A DNA stretch of 64,000 nucleotides from NCBI GenBank assembly GCA_964016885.1, contig OZ024763.1:2728001-2792000 (forward strand), written 5' to 3'. The DNA comes from Eledone cirrhosa. Its lineage: Eukaryota. Below are positions 27,384 through 42,949 of this stretch, one piece after another (position 1 is the first letter of the stretch; every line of letters starts with the position of its first letter). Made by a program: the position numbers and the translations under genes. The notes beneath the pieces were generated by a model. The model saw only the letters and a list, made by a program, of their open reading frames with translations. It was not told the DNA's origin and did not search any database.

Positions 27384-28121
27384 CATAGGAGATGCAGGTT
27401 TCTTTTGATATACTGGCGGTCAACCGAGCTGGACAGATCAGTGACAACCAAGCATATATATATATATATATATATATAAGGGATAACAAAATACCGTTAC
27501 AGGTAATCCAGTTAGAGGTTGTGAATACTTCGTATTGTGGATAGTTTTTGCGTACGGCATCGTTTAGACAACTTAATCAGTGAAACAATTGTTAGGACTA
27601 TAAATAAAACCCTTTTTTGTACTGTTGACCATGTTATTCTTCACTCTTTCTGTATATATATATCCAGGGAGTGTAACACAGAGTTACTGTAGGTTCACTA
27701 GGGGAGCACTCGATGTTTAGGTCTGTGTTAGGATGTTTAGATCTGTGTTAGGATGTTTAGGTCTGTGTCAAGGTGTAGACAATATAATTGTTTCTACTTT
27801 AGGCACAAGGCCAGCAATTACCCAGTACATTACTGGTACTTTATTTTATCGACCCCGTAAGGATGAAAGGCAAAGTTAACCTCGGCGGGATTTGAACTCA
27901 GACTGTAAAGGGACGTAACTATGCTGGAAAGCATGGCGTCCAACCCTCTACCGATACTGCCAATCCACCGCCTGGTGTAGATAATATAATAATACAAGGA
28001 CGGTTACTCCTCCATTACATTTATTGGTTGGTAACACGTGTTTCGCTATTGATCAGCTCAAGGTTTGATCTGTATCGATCTGGCCTGACTCTGGAATCAA
28101 AAGCTTGTCGGACCTCTGGTG

Positions 28122-28166
<45 letters not shown>

Positions 28167-28256
28167 CTGGAGAGGTATACACACATTTGAAATTCATTAT
28201 TCCGTTGAAGCACCTTGAAAATATAATGGTTTATTTATATCTACAATAGAATATAC

Positions 28257-28312
<56 letters not shown>

Positions 28313-28559
28313 TATATGTACAAACATATATAAACATACATACATATCATCATATATATATATATATATACATATATATATGTACATACATATATAAACA
28401 TACATACATATCATCATATATATATATATATACATACATATATATCATCATCTATATATATATACACATATATATCATCATCTATATATATATATACATG
28501 CATACAATATATACCATCATCATCATTTAACATCTTTTTTCCACGCTAGCATGGGTTAT

Positions 28560-28602
<43 letters not shown>

Positions 28603-28772
28603 TGTGTGTGTGTAGTAGGGGTTCCTAACTAAAGGGTTAAGTTATTCCCATCTGACATGTAGGTATATGTGCTGACTCAGAGAGCTACAATGTCTATAGC
28701 TAACATATGTAGTAGAAAAATATGTTGTGTACTTGCATGCTTACACATACAATGGTAGGCTGTGGTGGTATG

Positions 28773-29218
28773 ATGCTAGAGCTGTGAAATCTTGCATACT
28801 TTAATTTCAACTCTTCTTGTTAATAACTGCATTGTTTCTTTCCATGGACTGTGTTGAATAATAAAGCTCCTCATTTGGTCATTCCATGAGAGTATCTTGG
28901 TCAGATTATGAAGGAGTGATGCTAGAGCTGTGAAATCTTGCATACTTTAATTTCAACTCTTCTTGTTAATAACTGCATTGTTTCTTTCCATGGACTGTGT
29001 TGAATAATGAACCTCATTTGGTCATTCCATGAGAGTATCTTGGTCAGATTATGAAGGAGTGATGCTAGGGCTGTGAAATCTTGCATGCATTAATTTCAAC
29101 TCTTCTTGTTAATAACTGCATTGTTTCTTTCCATGGACTGTGTTGAATAATAAACCTCATTTGGTCATTCCATGAGAGTATCTTGGTCAGATTATGAACT
29201 TTTAAGTCGACCCTTGTA
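28773..29218 (-). mobile_element. Mariner-derived fragment tandemly triplicated (~143 bp unit); related two-copy block at 22955-23220 (+)
   Basis: Three near-identical units; terminus TACAAGGGTCGACTTAAAAGTTC resembles mariner ends. Confidence 0.55.
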
Positions 29219-29477
29219 TGTGTGTTATAATGGCGGTGGATTGGCAGTATTTGTAGGGGGTCGGACGCCATGCATTGACGCATAGAGTTACGGCCCTTGC
29301 CATTCTGAGTTCAAATCCTGCCGAAGTTAACTTTGCCTTTCATCCTTACGGGGTCGATAAAATAAAGTACCAGTAATGCACTGGGTATTTGCTGGCCTTG
29401 TGCCAAAAGTAGAAACAATTATATGTGTGTAAGTATGTGTATATATGTGTATATATATATATATAATCAAGGTCTAG

Positions 29478-29526
<49 letters not shown>

Positions 29527-30599
29527 CTTTCACCCTTTTGTGTGGGGGAGGGGGATGATAAAAAAGTACAAACCCAGTGCTAAATACAGCCTTCTTTCTC
29601 TCTCTCTCCCCTCTCTTCCCCTCTCTCTCTCTCTCTATCTATATATATATATATACATCTCTCTGTCTCTGTTTTTTTGTGTGTGTAAATGTATGTATGT
29701 AAGTGTGTTTCTAAGTAATTTCCTGTGTATGTAAGTGTAGGTATGTGTTATTTTAAGTACCTGTAAGTGTATATGTGTGTGTGTATGTAAGTGTGTGTGT
29801 TTATTAGTGGCTGTGTGTGTGTGTGTGTGTGGGTATGTAATGCTATCTTTTATGCGTGAGTGTTCATTGTTGCTGTTGTGTGTTTTATAATAATAATAAT
29901 AATAATAATAATTGTTTCTACTTTTTGGCACAAGGCCAGCAATTACCCAGTACATTACTGGTACTTTATTTTATCGACCCCGTAAAGATGAAAGGCAAAG
30001 TCAACCTCGGCGGGATTTGAACTCAGACTGTAAAGGGACGTAACTCTATGCTGGAAAGCATGGCGTCCGACCCTCTACCGATACTGCCAATTCACCGCCC
30101 TATAATAATAATAATAATAATAATAATGAAATTATTGTGTACAGTGCTCAGGTGCACTACAACTCATCAAAAGTGTTTTAAAGTGTTGAATATTTTAAGA
30201 TGACGAGAGACAGCAGAGGACATGATGACACTTGTATGTGTGTGTGTGGGGGGGGGGGGGTACAGCAATATGCACCACCATTATCATCACCTCCATCACT
30301 ACCACCATCATCAACACCAACACTGTCACCAGCACCACAACCTCCACTACCGCCAACACCCCCATTGTCACCAGCACCATCTCCATCTCCACTTAAGCCC
30401 CCCCCCCCCCCCCCCATACACACACATGACCCACCACTTAACCTAATTCAAACCAGAATAATATTTTGTCTTTTGCGTTTTAATTAATTTTCAAAACATA
30501 ACAAAGGATTATATAAACAGAGAAACAGAGAGCGATGTTTGGAAGCATTATAAATGCCATAAATGAGGGGTGAGAGCAGTATCGGATTTAGGACAAATG

Positions 30600-32220
30600 A
30601 GACCCTTTACTAGTTGTGAGACCCTGTACTAGTTGAGTTGTGAGACCCTGTACTAGTTGAGTTGTGAGGCTCTGTTAGTTAAGTTATGGGGCCCTGTGCT
30701 AGTTAAGTTATGGGGTCCTGTGCTAGTTAAGTTATGGGGCCCTGTGCTAGTTAAGTTGTGAGTCTCTGTACGAGTTAAGTTATGAGGCCCTGTGTTAGTT
30801 AAGTTATGGGGCTTTGTGCTAGTTAAGTTATGAGGCCCTGTGTTAGTTAAGTTATGGGGCTTTGTGCTAGTTAAGTTATGAGGCCCTGTGTTAGTTAAGT
30901 TATGGGGCCCTGTGCTAGTTAAGTTATGGGGTCCTGTGCTAGTTAAGTTATGAGGCCCTGTGTTAGTTAAGTTATGGGGCTTTGTGCTAGTTAAGTTGTG
31001 AGACCCTGTACTAGTTAAGTTATGGGGTCCTGTGCTAGTTAAGTTATGGGGCTTTGTGCTAGTTAAGTTGTGAGACCCTGTACTAGTTAAGTTATGGGGT
31101 CCTGTGCTAGTTAAGTTATGGGGCTCTGTGCTAGTTAAGTTATGGGGCCCTGTGCTAGTTAAGTTGTGAGACCCTGTACTAGTTAAGTTATGGGGTCCTG
31201 TGCTAGTTAAGTTATGGGGCTTTGTGCTAGTTAAGTTGTGAGACCCTGTACTAGTTAAGTTATGGGGTCCTGTGCTAGTTAAGTTATGGGGCCCTGTGCT
31301 AGTTAAGTTATGGGGCCCTGTGCTAGTTAAGTTATGGGGCCCTGTACTAGTTAAGTTATGGGGCCCTGTGCTAGTTAAGTTATGAGGCCCTGTACTAGTT
31401 AAGTTATGGGGTCCTGTGCTAGTTAAGTTATGGGGCCCTGTGCTAGTTAAGTTATGGGGCCCTGTGTTAGTTAAGTTGTGAGACCATGTACTAGTTAAGT
31501 TATGGGGTCCTGTGCTAGTTAAGTTATGGGGCCCTGTGTTAGTTAAGTTATGGGGCTTTGTGCTAGTTAAGTTATGGGGCCCTGTGCTAGTTAAGTTATG
31601 GGGCCCTGTGCTAGTTAAGTTATGGGGCCCTGTGCTAGTTAAGTTATGAGGCCCTGTACTAGTTAAGTTATGGGGTCCTGTGCTAGTTAAGTTATGGGGC
31701 CCTGTGTTAGTTAAGTTGTGAGACCCTGTACTAGTTAAGTTATGGGGTCCTGTGCTAGTTAAGTTATGGGGCCCTGTGTTAGTTAAGTTGTGAGACCCTG
31801 TACTAGTTAAGTTATGGGGCCCTGTGTTAGTTAAGTTATGGGGTCCTGTGCTAGTTAAGTTATAGGGTCCTGTGCTAGTTAAGTTATGAGGCCCTGTACT
31901 AGTTAAGTTATGGGGCCCTGTGCTAGTTAAGTTATGGGGCCCTGTGCTAATTAAGTTGTGAGACCCTGTACTAGTTAAGTTATGGGGCCCTGTGCTAGTT
32001 AAGTTATGAGGGTCTGTACTAGTTAAGTTGTGAGACCCTGTACTAGTTAAGTTGTGAGACCCTGTACTAGTTAAGTTGTGAGGCTCTGTACGAGTTAAGT
32101 TATGAGGCCCTGTGTTAGTTAAGTTATGGGGCTTTGTGCTAGTTAAGTTATGGGGCCCTGTGCTAGTTAAGTTATGAGGGTCTGTACTAGTTAAGTTGTG
32201 AGGCCCTGTACTAATTAAGT
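30600..32220. repeat. 24-bp minisatellite (~67 copies)
   Basis: CTAGTTAAGTTATGGGGCCCTGTG with recurring variants. Confidence 0.97.
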
Positions 32221-33149
32221 CAGAACATAAAGGGTTGTAACTTATTGTAGGAACAGAAGGAATCCTAACAACAAAGTTAACCTTGCTTTGAACTCAGAAC
32301 ATAAAGGGTTGTAACTTAAAGTAGGAGACAGAAGAGATCCCTAAAATATATGAACAGTAAAGTTGACCTTACTTTCAACCCAGAACCTAAAGGGCTGTAA
32401 CTTAACCTAGAAACAGAAGAGACACTATCAGATATTATCAGACAATCCACCAAAAATTTGGCTAATTTGCCATTTTATTATTTTTTATATCATTTTATCT
32501 TTATTTTTTTTTTATCTTATTTTTAAAAATATATATTTATTTATTTTTCAAAGAAAGAAATCTGATAAACAGAGTTTAATGAGCATATGTTAGTTAAGGG
32601 GGAGGGGTCATAGTTGAGGTTGGGGGTGGGGTCTCTCTGGTGGGGCAGGGGGCAGGGAGGTTAATATGGACTTTAATGTGATAATTGCACTGGTGGTTGC
32701 AGGTGGTGGTGGTGGTGGAGGTTGTCTTTGTGATGATGATGATGGTGGTGGTTGTTGTTGATTGTATGTAAGGGTGGTGGTGGTGTTGGTTGTCTGGTGA
32801 TGGTGGAGGAGGTTGTCTTGGTGGTGGTTGTGATGATGGTTGTCTGGTGGTGGTGGTGGTGGAGGAGGTTGTCTTGGTGGTGGTGATGATGGCTGTCTGG
32901 TGGTGGTGGTGGTGGTGGTTGTCTTAGTGGTGATGGTGGTTGTCTGGTGGTTGTGATGGTGGAGGAGGTTGTCTTGGTGGGGGTGGTGATGGCTGTCTGG
33001 TGGTGGTGGTGGTGGTGGTGGTGGTTGTCTTAGTGGTGATGGTGGTTGTCCTGTGATGATGGGGTTTGTCAGGGTAGTGGTTGTAGGTGTTGGTGGTGAT
33101 GGTTGTTATTCCTTGTGGTGATGAAGATGATGATGATAGTGATGGTTTC

Positions 33150-33475
33150 ATGGTGGTGGTGGTGACAGCGGTTGTAGATGGTCATGGTGGTGGTGACAGC
33201 GGTTGTAGATGGTGGTTGTGGTGACAGCGGTTGTAGATGGTGGTTGTGGTGACAGCGGTTGTAGATGGTGGTGGTGGTGACAGCGGTTGTAGATGGTGGT
33301 GGTGGTGACAGCGGTTGTAGATGGTGGTGGTGGTGACAGCGGTTGTAGATGGTGGTGGTGGTGGTGACAGCGGTTGTAGATGGTGGTGGTGGTGACAGCG
33401 GTTGTAGATGGTGGTGGTGGTGACAGCGGTTGTAGATGGTGGTGGTGGTGGTGACAGCGGTTGTAGATGGTGGTG
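33150..33475. repeat. 28-31-bp tandem repeat in (GGT)n background
   Basis: (GGT)nGACAGCGGTTGTAGAT. Confidence 0.9.
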
Positions 33476-33564
33476 ATGGTAGTGGTGGTGGTAGTCATGG
33501 TGTGTGTGTAAAAACACAAATATTTTGATTTCCACTTAATTTGGTGAAATGCTGCAAGCAGTGG

Positions 33565-33600
<36 letters not shown>

Positions 33601-33942
33601 TCATTCATCATCATCATTTTACGTCTGCTTTTTCCCTGCTTGCAAGGGTGAGACGGGAACTGATTCTGGCTTGATTTCTACAGCTGGATGCCCTTCCTAA
33701 CACCAACCTCATTTACAGTGAGTGCTGGGTGCTTTTTTGCCGTGACACCTCCACGACCACTTTGCAGTGGAATGATAGGGACCCCAGCCCCTATCATCTC
33801 ATTTCTACAGCTGAGTAAACTGGGGCAATGTGAAATAAAGTGTCTTGCTCAAGGAAACAACACATCACCTGATCTGAGATTTGAACTCTCAACCTTTCGA
33901 TTGCAAGGCCAATGCTCTAACCACTAAGCCATGTGCCTCCAT

Positions 33943-33990
<48 letters not shown>

Positions 33991-34012
33991 CAGAGAGAGA
34001 GTGAGATATATA

Positions 34013-35431
<1,419 letters not shown>

Positions 35432-37139
35432 TTACTAACTCACAACATTTCTTACTTCTTGAGAGTCTACCAGATACCACTACTTCTACCTCCACCAACA
35501 CCACCACCACCACAACACACTACCACCACTACAAGCCTCATCACCACTACCACTACAACACTACTACTACCACCACTACCATCACCATACCATCACCACC
35601 ACTACAACACACTACTACCACCACCACCACCTCTACAATACACTACTACCACTATCCTCACCAGCACTACCTCCACCACTACCACCAGTGCCACAACACC
35701 AACACACCACCACCACTACCACCATCAACACCTCCGCCACTACTACCACTACCCTCACCACCACTACCTCCACCACTACCACCACTGCCACAACACCAAC
35801 ACACCACCACCACTACCACCATCAACACCACCACCACTACTACCACTACCCTCACCACCACCACTACCACCACTGCCACAACACCAACACACCACCACCA
35901 CTACCACCATCAACACCTCTGCCACTACTACCACTACCCTCACCACCACCACCACTACCACCACTGCCACAACACACCACCACCACTACCACCATCAACA
36001 CCTCCGCCACTACTACCACTGCCACAACACACCACCACCACTACCACCATCAACACCTCCACCACTACCACCATCAACACCTCCACCACTACTACCACTA
36101 CCCTCACCACCACTACTACCACTACCCTCACCACCACCACTACCACCAGTGCCACAACACACCACCACCACTACCACCATCAACACCACCACCACTACCA
36201 CCATCAACACCTCCACCACTACTACCACTACCCTCACCACCACTACCACAACACCACCACCACCACTACCACCACCACAGTTCATTAACACTGTTGATCT
36301 TGTTTACAACTCTGAAGTCATGTGTGTGTGTGCGTGTATATATGTGTGTGTGTCTACATATATATATGTACGTGTGTGTGTATATATATATATGTATGTG
36401 TGTGTGTGTCTACATATATATATATATGTACGTGTGTATGTATATGTATGTGTGTGTGTCTACATATATATATGTACGTGTGTGTGTATGTATATATATA
36501 TGTATGTGTGTGTGTCTATATATATATATGTACGTGTGTGTGTATGTATATATATATGTATGTGTGTGTGTCTATATATATATATGTACGTGTGTGTGTA
36601 TATACCATATATGTATGTGTGTGTGCATGTACACTCATATATGTGTCTTAATTTATTATTTTACTGGTTTTACAAATAATTGGTCTTTGGCCATACTGGA
36701 GCCCCTAGTCTTGGCCCCTTTTGGCCATGCTGTTGCACCAACTTTAAGGGGGTCCACTTAATTAGATTAGCCTCTGTAATTATTTCCATCTGGTCCTTAT
36801 GTTTTGAATTGCTGTCTTGGACTTTTTAACACAACACCTGTTATGACACACACACACAGGCATACACACATACTCACACATACACACAGGCATACACACA
36901 TATACCCACACGCACACAGGCATACACACATATACCCACACACACACATATACCCACACACACATATACCCACACACACACAGGCATACACACATATACC
37001 CACACACACACAGGCATACACACATATACCCACACACACACACAGGCATACACACATATACCCACACACACACATATACCCACACACACATATACCCACA
37101 CACACACAGGCATACACACATATATCCACACACATACAC

Positions 37140-38510
37140 ATAAAATTATTAACCATCTTGCCAACAACAACCCTGAGTACCTTTTTGATTTCCATGTGTC
37201 TAACACACGTGGGCATGCCTACAAAGTCAGAAATCAGCACAGCTCCCATTACTTTCGGAAACATATTTTTACACTCAGAGTTGCTGAAGCATGGAACAAT
37301 CTACCTGCATCAGTTGTTTGCTGTCGAGACACTGCATCCTTTAAAACCTCCATGGAACAAACTCCCTGCATCAGTTGTTTGCTGTCGAGACACTGCATCC
37401 TTTAAAACCTCCATGGAACAAACTCCCTGCATCAGTTGTTTGCTGTCGAGACACTGCATCCTTTAAAACCTCCATGGAACAAACTCCCTGCATCAGTTGT
37501 TTGCTGTCGAGACACTGCATCCTTTAAAACCTCCATGGAACAAACTCCCTGCATCAGTTGTTAGCTGTCATGACACTGCATCCTTTAAAACCTCCATGGA
37601 ACAAACTACCTGCATCAGTTGTTAGCTGTCAGGACACTGCATCCTTTAAAACCTCCATGGAACAAACTACCTGCATCAGTTGTTAGCTGTCGAGACACTG
37701 CATCCTTTAAAACCTCCATGGAACAAACTACCTACATCAGTTGTTAGCTGTCGAGACACTGCATCCTTTGAAACCTCCATGGAACAAACTACCTGCATCA
37801 GTTGTTAACTGTCGAGACACTGCATCCTTTAAAACCTCCATGGAACAAACTCCCTGCATCAGTTGTTAGCTGTCGAGACACTGCATCCTTTAAAACCTCC
37901 ATGGAACAAACTACCTTCATCAGTTGTTAGCTGTCGAGACACTGCATCCTTTAAAACCTCCATGGAACAAACTACCTGCATCAGTTGTTAACTGTCGAGA
38001 CACTGCATCCTTTAAAACCTCCATGGAACAAACTACCTGCATCAGTTGTCAGCTGTCGAGACACTGCATCCTTTAAAACCTCCATGGAACAAACTACCTT
38101 CATCAGTTGTTAGCTGTCGAGACACTGCATCCTTTGAAACCTCCATGGAACAAACTACCTTCATCAGTTGTTAGCTGTCAGGACACTGCATCCTTTAAAA
38201 CCTCCATGGAACAAACTACCTGCATCAGTTGTTAACTGTCGAGACACTGCATCCTTTGAAACCTCCATAGAACAAACTACCTGCATCAGTTGTTAGCTGT
38301 CGAGACACTGCATCCTTTAAAACCTCCATGCTTCCCGAGATTCACCCACACTACACCTAATGTTCCCCCTCCACACACATGTACACATGTATATCATGAC
38401 TCATACACTATTCACTCCCCTGACATTTGTATATTATTCTATGTACTATACATTCACCTTTGATGAGTTGTAGTGCACCTGAGCACTGTACACAATACTT
38501 TCATTATTAT
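37140..38510 (+). mobile_element. CR1/L2-group LINE 3' end whose last coding 61 bp are amplified into a tandem array
   Basis: TRGH.YK...R..IF..RV...WN.LP..VV...FK motif; array 37290-38330; 3' tail also at 30120-30175 (-). Confidence 0.8.
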
Positions 38511-38713
38511 ACCACACACACAGGCATACACACATATACTCACACACACACACAGGCATACACACATATATACACAGGTATACAATAAAAATAAAGTACC
38601 AGTAACGCAATGAGTGTCGATAAAATGAAGTTCCAGAAACGCAACGGGTTTCGATTTAATCAACTTTCCCCTCCTCTAAAATTGTTGGACTTGTGCCTAA
38701 ATCAGAAACTATA

Positions 38714-39828
38714 ATGTGGTTTATTGTAGTGTAGCTCGTTAAAAGGTAGTGTTGTTATGTGGTTTATTGTAGTGTAGCTCGTTAAAAGGTAGTGTTGTTA
38801 TGTGGTTTATTGTGGTGTAGCTCGTTAAAAGGTAGTGTTGTTGTGTGGTTTATTGTATTGTAGCTCGTTAAAAGGTAGTGTTATGTGGTTTATTGTGGTG
38901 TAGCTCGTTAAAAGGTAGTGTTGTTATGTGGTTTATTGTAGTGTAGCTCGTTAAAAGGTAGTGTTGTTATGTGGTTTATTGTAGTGTAGCTCGTTAAAAG
39001 GTAGTGTTGTTATGTGGTTTATTGTGGTGTAGCTCGTTAAAAGGTAGTGTTGTTATGTGGTTTATTGTGGTGTAGCTCATTAAAAGGTAGTGTTGTTATG
39101 TGGTTTATTGTAGTGTAGCTCATTAAAAGGTAGTGTTGTTATGTGGTTTATTGTAGTGTAGCTCGTTAAAAGGTAGTGTTGTTATGTGGTTTATTGTAGT
39201 GTAACTCGTTAAAAGGTAGTGTTATGTGGTTTGATGTAGTACAGCTCGTTAAAAGGTAGTGTTGTTATGTGGTTTATTGTAGTGTAGCTCGTTAAAAGGT
39301 AGTGTTATGTGGTTTGATGTAGTACAGCTCGTTAAAAGGTAGTGTTGTTATGGGGTTTGATGTAGTACAGCTCGTTAAAAGGTAGTGTTATGGGGTTTGA
39401 TGTAGTACAGCTCGTTAAAAGGTAGTGTTATGGGGTTTGATGTAGTACAGCTCGTTAAAAGGTAGTGTTGTTATGGGGTTTGATGTAGTACAGCTCGTTA
39501 AAAGGTAGTGTTATGGGGTTTGATGTAGTACAGCTCGTTAAAAGGTAGTGTTATGGGGTTTGATGTAGTACAGCTCGTTAAAAGGTAGTGTTGTTATGGG
39601 GTTTGATGTAGTACAGCTCGTTAAAAGGTAGTGTTATGGGGTTTGATGTAGTACAGCTCGTTAAAAGGTAGTGTTATGGGGTTTGATGTAGTACAGCTCG
39701 TTAAAAGGTAGTGTTGTGTGGTTTGATGTAGTACAGCTCGTTAAAAGGTAGTGTTATGTGGTTTGATGTAGTACAGCTCATTAAAAGGTAGTGTTATGTG
39801 GTTTGATGCAGTACAACTCATTAAAAGT
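38714..39828. repeat. 43/40-bp minisatellite (~27 copies)
   Basis: TGTGGTTTATTGTAGTGTAGCTCGTTAAAAGGTAGTGTTGTTA. Confidence 0.96.
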
Positions 39829-39867
39829 TAATTATTGTCATCTAATTATTGTTTTATTATATTTCAG

Positions 39868-39966
39868 CAACAAGATTTCTTTGATAATATAATGAACCTA
39901 CAGTCCCGTCGTATAGATGACCAACGTTGCCCACTTCCACAATCATTGAAGCCTGTTTCCTTACCT
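39868..39966 (+). CDS. Rap1GAP: Rap1GAP-family exon: GoLoco motif 2 (QQDFFDNIMNLQSRRIDDQRCPLPQSLKPVSLP)
   Basis: tttcag acceptor, CCT|GTAAGT donor, 99 nt; canonical GoLoco DFF...QSRRIDDQR. Confidence 0.92.
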
Positions 39967-40358
39967 GTAAGTAGAAACCCTTTTTTTTTATTAGACCCCT
40001 ATTTTCATAAAACCTTTATTTTTATAGGCCTCCATTTTCATAAAACCCTATTTTCATCTCTCCCTCTCTCTCTTTCTATATACACATACACATATATATA
40101 TACATATATATATATATTATAGATAATGAGGAATCAGTGATGCATTAAATTTAATAACATATTACATATGTTTCTCCGATGTTCAGCTCAAGGCAGGATC
40201 TATTACAGATCGAACCTGACCCTGCACTCGCAAGGTCCTCAGATATGTTTATCGTTTTCAAGCCATTTCTCGTTACCTATAATAATATACTCTGTTCCAC
40301 GTGAACATCAAGTGCTCAAACGGCATACGGACGCATTTATTGCAACCTTACAACAACT

Positions 40359-40416
<58 letters not shown>

Positions 40417-40742
40417 AGTGTCATTTTCTACACAAAGCGAAGGTTATAGAGAAAATTGAGGTTGGTAATGGCACATGGAATATATAAGAGACAGAATACT
40501 TTTTTGTGAAAAAACATAATTTTATAAGGTAAGGAAATAATAAAGGGTATAAAAAATGACCGGTTTCGATGGGTCTGCAAAAGCCATCTTTTCAAATGTT
40601 GATTAATATTAAGAAAAATTAATAATACGAAGAGTTAAAATTTGAGACTTGAAAATTCAAGTATAAAATTCATTGTGGGATTTCATAGCAGTTTTCATCT
40701 TGGTAGCAACAACAGGTTGACTGCTGTGTCCCTTTCTGGTAG

Positions 40743-40796
<54 letters not shown>

Positions 40797-40928
40797 TATA
40801 TAATAAATCAGGAAAGAAGATTGACATGGTTTGCTATACAGAAAAGGTTTTTAATCTCATTGCTGACAATTGTTTCTCTGAACTGGTAGGTCTAGATATC
40901 GCTATTCGCTTGTATACATATATATATA

Positions 40929-41006
<78 letters not shown>

Positions 41007-41127
41007 TATATAATAAATCAGGAAAGAAGATTGACATGGTTTGCTATACAGAAAAGGTTTTTAATCTCAAATCTCATTGCTGACAATTGTTTCTCTGAAC
41101 TGGTAGGTCTAGATATCGCTATTCGCT

Positions 41128-41190
<63 letters not shown>

Positions 41191-41711
41191 CTATCTCCCC
41201 TTCTCTCTCTCTCTCCTTTTCTCTTTCTCTCACTTTATTTCTCTCACACTCTGGCCTAGTGGTTAGAGCATTGGGCTTGCAATCGAAAGGGTGTGAGTTC
41301 AATTCTCAGACCGGGTGATGTGTTGTTTCCTTGAGCAAGACACTTTATTTCACATTGCTCCAGTTTACTCAGCTGTAGAAATGAGATGATAGGGACTGGG
41401 GTCCCTATCATTCCACTGCAAAGTGGTCGTGGAGGTGCCACGGCAAAAAAGCACCCAGCACTCACTGTAAATGAGGTTGGTGTTAGGAAGGGCATCCAGC
41501 TGTAGAAATCAAGCCAGAATCAGTTCCCGTCCCACCCTTGCAAGCAGGGAAAAGCGGACGTAAAAATGATGATGATGATGATGATTCTCTCTCTCTCTCT
41601 CACTCACTCTCTCTCTCACTCTCTCTCTCTCACTCACTCCACCCCCCCCTCTCTCAACATGCTATTCAGGTGTATCAACAACTCTACACCACATATCTAT
41701 CTATATTCCAG

Positions 41712-41765
41712 CTCCAAGAGCCAGAGATTGAAGTACCAAAACAGGATGAAGATATCGTCAAAGAA
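41712..41765 (+). CDS. Rap1GAP: Rap1GAP-family exon (LQEPEIEVPKQDEDIVKE)
   Basis: ttccag acceptor, GAA|GTATGT donor, 54 nt phase 0-0, joins in frame to next exon. Confidence 0.75.
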
Positions 41766-42796
41766 GTATGTAGACATTTACTGCAGTTTCTCTCTCCTCC
41801 ACCTTTCCCCTCTCACTCCACCCCCACATTCCACAGTCATGGCACCTGTACGACCACCCGACACAATGGCTACCTTACAGCGTGGAATGAGAGATTTCTT
41901 TTTTTTTTGTCATGGCACCAGTATGACCATCTTACATAATGGACTGTGCTTTTTCTTGTGTCACCAGCACAACCACTTTGGACATTGGACAGGGTGCATT
42001 TTGTCATAGCACCAGCACGACCACCTTACTGGATAGACAGGCTACTTTTTGTCATGTCACCAGCACAACCAACTTACAGGGTTGACTGGGTGCTTTTCGT
42101 TGTGTCACCAGCACAACCACTTTACAGGGTGGACTGGGTGCTTTTTGTTATGTCACCAGCACAACCACCTTACAAGGTTGACTGGGTGCTTTTTGTCATG
42201 TCACCAGCACATTGTTCAAACAACTGGAACATCTGTCATTGAAACCAACAGACAACAGATGTTCAACACACATTAACATTATTTTGGCAGTGAATTGGCA
42301 GAATCGATAGAGCGTCGGACAATATGCTTTATAGCACAGAGTTACGGCCCTTTACGTTCTAAGTTCAAATCTCACAAAGGTTAGCTTTCCCTTTCATACT
42401 TATAAAATAAAGTACCAGTAATACACTGGGGTCGATTTAATTGAATTTTCCCTCCCCAACAAATGTTTGGCCTTATGTTAAATCAGAAACCATTATTGTC
42501 CTTACAGAGGGCGGTGGATTGGCAGTATCGGTAGAGGGTCGGACGCCATGCTTTCTAGCATAGAGTTACGGTCCTTGCCATTCTGAGTTCAAATCCCGCC
42601 GAGCTTAACTTTGCCTTTCATCCTTACGGGGGTCGATAAAATAAAGTACCAGTAATGCACTGGAGTAATTGCTGGCCTTGTGCCTAAAGTAGAAACAATT
42701 ATTATCCTTACAGATTTTAATGTTTGTTCTTAAAACAAAAAAACAGAATTTATAAAATTTCCTGTTTTAATGGTGACCGTCTCTGTTGCTATTTAG

Positions 42797-42949
42797 ATGC
42801 TGTCCAAAGCTGGACCGTATCCAATGATTGTTCAGACTCAAGCCAATGGATACCGGCTTGAAGACTCCACGCCAATACCGGGCAAAGTGAAATTAGAGAC
42901 TTCCAAGTTTGAAGATGCGAAAACATACCGTAAAGATTTTCTTGGAAAA
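42797..42949 (+). CDS. Rap1GAP: Rap1GAP exon (MLSKAGPYPMIVQ...KTYRKDFLGK)
   Basis: tttag acceptor, AAA|GTAAGT donor; resembles Rap1GAP GPYP...GYW and YRKHFLGK segments. Confidence 0.92.

Noticed and set aside
32520-32595. Possible extra small exon in the 24-kb intron (pyrimidine tract, AAAG...AT|GTTAGT)
   Set aside because: Phase-0 reading hits TGA and phases do not fit neighbours; could only be an alternative first exon, unsupported
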